Shown here one piece after another: positions 61,451-64,000 of a stretch of DNA of 64,000 bases. Position 1 is the first letter of the stretch, and each line of letters opens with the position of its first letter. The notes under the pieces are model-generated. The model saw nothing but the letters and a program-made list of their open reading frames with translations, made no database searches and was not told the DNA's origin. Source of the DNA: Octopus sinensis. Lineage: Eukaryota. The translations under genes and the position numbers were made by a program. The stretch spans positions 186,001 through 250,000 of the forward strand of contig NW_021836131.1 of NCBI RefSeq assembly GCF_006345805.1, read 5' to 3'.

Positions 61451-61960
61451 ATCGATCCAAATTAAAGTTCTTTCAGCAGACCTTGCTTTAAACAAGCAAT
61501 CCAAATAATATATTCTTTTTTCTTTATTTTCAGGTGAATTTACATTTGCAACTATTGGTCGACAGGTTTTGAGAGAAATTAATTCCCCATCAAGCCAATT
61601 TTTTACTGTTGTAACCGACACAGACATTGAATAATTATTTCGTATTTTCTCCGCACATTCTTTCAAAGTGATCTGAGGATCAGCTTCAATCCAACTGATT
61701 AATTTATTTATATTTATTTGATTTTTTTGAATGTCTTTCTTTGTCTTTATTTTCAATCTAATGATAAGCTGTTCTCAAATTTGCTCCAAGAGAGGAGCAT
61801 AGAGACTGTCAATCGCCAAAATTTTCATATGCTTCAATTATTTCAGATGACATTAACAAATTGATTTTTTCAGATGACATTTGAAGTTTGTTATTGACAA
61901 GTTGAATTATGCAGATGACATTTGAAGTTTGTTATTGACAAATTGACTTGAAAATGGTAT
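61451..61960 (-). mobile_element. Tc1/IS630-type transposase N-terminal remnant with subterminal repeats
   Basis: WIEADPQITLKECAEKI...VSVTTVKNWL...NSPENKEKR...LIWID; cagatgacatttgaagtttgttattgacaa repeated at ~61872-61940. Confidence 0.75.
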
Positions 61961-62079
61961 AGTAACGACCTTATTGAACTTTTGATTTTATTAAGTTAGA
62001 TTAATAAAATTCAGTATATTCGAACATTGACACCAATTTGGTTTTCTGAATTAGAAATATTAAAGACAGTCCTAAACGC

Positions 62080-62310
62080 GAATTTGGCGCAGGCGACCAT
62101 TAAATCGCTGTCGAAACTGCCCCAAACCATTACTTTTCCACCACCGAATTTTACAGTTGGGATAATATTGCATTTTTTGTATGCAGAATCATTTTCTCTA
62201 TACGCTCTTTGATGCTTATTGGTATTAAAAATATCAAAAGAGCATTCATCAGTAAAAATTACCGACTTCCATGTCTCGCCGGAAATGCTAAAAATGATTT
62301 TAAATATCAA
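62080..62310 (-). mobile_element. Tc1 transposase DDE fragment
   Basis: WKSVIFTDECSF...PTVKFGGGKVMVWGSF. Confidence 0.85.
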
Positions 62311-62669
62311 AAAATACTATTGTGAATATAATGGGAAGTTTCCTTTTATAGTTAAAAGAGATTTTATCGCCTCCCAATGGAAGATATTACTATTTTCACG
62401 TCACAATGACACAATTCTCCAAGACATAACGACATGAGTTGAAAGTTTTAAAAATAGGAATGTGTTTTGCAATGACTTCTTTCGCTTTAAAATTGCTGAT
62501 TCGTTTGTCTAAAAATAAAATCGCATCTATACATATTGTTAAGTTAAAATTGAAAACTGTTAATAGGAAGAAAAAGGGGAATTATTTTAATCCAATTCAA
62601 AATATATTACAAAATAAAAATGAATTTAATCATTTTAAATATGCTGAAAAATAACAAAATGCACATGAT

Positions 62670-63350
62670 ACCTGAACACTCTTGCACTTGGAATAGACTC
62701 ACGATTTACTGAATCGAATGCCTTTTTAACATCAATCCATGCCGAGTAGAGATTGTTCTGATACTCCTTATTGAACATTAATAAATAAGGGCTTGTTCTT
62801 TTGCACCCTGGCATCCCTTTCCTGTTCCCAGCTGGTTATCGGGAAGTAGACCAAATGAATCCACAAAGTCCAATAGTTTGGTTGACGCATTTAGTTACTA
62901 TCTTATGAAGATTAGCCACGCACGTGATTGACCGAAGATCGTTCAAGGTTTCGCAAACGTCTTTTTTGAGATCAAATATGTGATTCAAGTATAAAACCAT
63001 TTCCGGGAATGTAACCTCCTCGGACTATTCTGCCAATCTCCTTGCATAGGGGGCCATGCAGCGAATCCATTTTTTTAATAAAACAGTTGTAGACACCATC
63101 GCAGCAACTTGCCTTCCAGTCAGGGCCCCACTTGATGATGTTCAGTCAAACTCTTCACTAAATTCGGGCGTCGGAGTCTCACAATCGTCCATCGAGTAGA
63201 GAATTTCCGACTTTTCCACTCCAAACATTTCTCAATGCATTCGCAGTCATTAAAGTTCAATTTAACAACACAATTTTCACATAGATTCCTATAGAACCTT
63301 CAGCGGTTTAGCTCAAATCATTTGCTGTACTTTCGGAACTCACTCCTCCT
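62670..63350 (-). mobile_element. R4/NeSL-type non-LTR RT fragment
   Basis: Reverse frames give WKA..CDGVYNCFIKK, RSITCVANLHKIVTK, NQLGTGKGCQGAKEQAL, WIDVKKAFDSVN. Confidence 0.8.
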
Positions 63351-63879
63351 TTTGTGAACAGATATTTGTTTCATTTTAAGCCGTATTAAATATTCAATTA
63401 ATGCTTATTTACAGTAGGTTTTCACTATTTCTATCTCACTATTTCTGATGGTCCATTAAAGTTTTAGTTTTTTTCTCCGTAGCTTTAGCCCAGTTAGAAT
63501 TAGTCCTCTTTTTATACGCTAAGTATTGAAATGCTTGCTATTAGTACTGATCCATAGTGATAGTGTTCAAATGATATTTGACACAAGTCACGTTAGACAA
63601 ATAAAAATTGTCATTGTTATATTTAATTACAAACAGAATTTGATGTTAATTTAATCAAACAAATTTTACTATTGAAAAAAGTATATAATTAAAAAAAACA
63701 TTTATTTTAATAATAAAAAATGTTTTAATTGAAACAAAAAGTATAAAACTGTATCTACACTGGTATAATTTATTGGCTGGAATTTTAATAATTGATTTTT
63801 AAAATAAATTTTATTATAGTTGTTAGTAATAATGATCTGTAATATTTTCTTTTTAATCTATATTTGGTGACGTGCCTCT

Positions 63880-64000
63880 ATTGCACCAATGTCTTTCTCA
63901 CACTTGATATCTGCTGGCCCGTTCTCAATTGGCACTCTAAACGTTAGAGGACTCAATCCCATGTATAAACAACTTCAACTCACAAGAGATTTGGAACAAC
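63880..64000 (+). mobile_element. Start of an RTE-like ORF (APE), runs off the window
   Basis: IGTLNVRGLNPMYKQLQLTRDLEQ; homologous to 29540-29640. Confidence 0.7.

Overview
This is AT-rich eukaryotic DNA, metazoan by gene content, with extremely short spliceosomal introns (mostly 23-31 nt, GT-AG), so the ORF track fragments almost every host gene. Host genes I could reassemble by hand: a NHERF-like PDZ gene, an ARM+BTB (ARMC5-like) gene, a broken VWA3B-like gene, SAMHD1 (HD domain only), COG5, CENPJ/SAS-4, PMVK, NDUFS6, FAM102/EEIG1, RBM7, an F-BAR/RhoGAP (srGAP-like) gene and two orphan genes. Tiny introns plus a centriole gene (SAS-4), a cilia-associated gene (VWA3B) and complex I (NDUFS6) fit a dicyemid-type parasite best; this is inference and not proven. 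Roughly half the window is transposon-derived: Tc1/IS630, pogo, hAT (Buster and SPIN types), Ginger-type elements with TGT..ACA ends and 5-bp TSDs, and RTE, Jockey/I, CRE and R4/NeSL non-LTR fragments. There is also a 3.3-kb 53-bp satellite with a tetrameric higher-order pattern. Highlights: (1) transposase genes of three superfamilies carry host-sized 24-31 nt introns; (2) an apparently intact Ginger-type integrase transposon sits inside a SAMHD1 intron; (3) PMVK appears to need a non-canonical GT-TG intron; (4) a Tc1 HTH region is fused in frame to a CRE restriction-like endonuclease. All family assignments come from recalled motifs, not database searches, and fragment boundaries are approximate.
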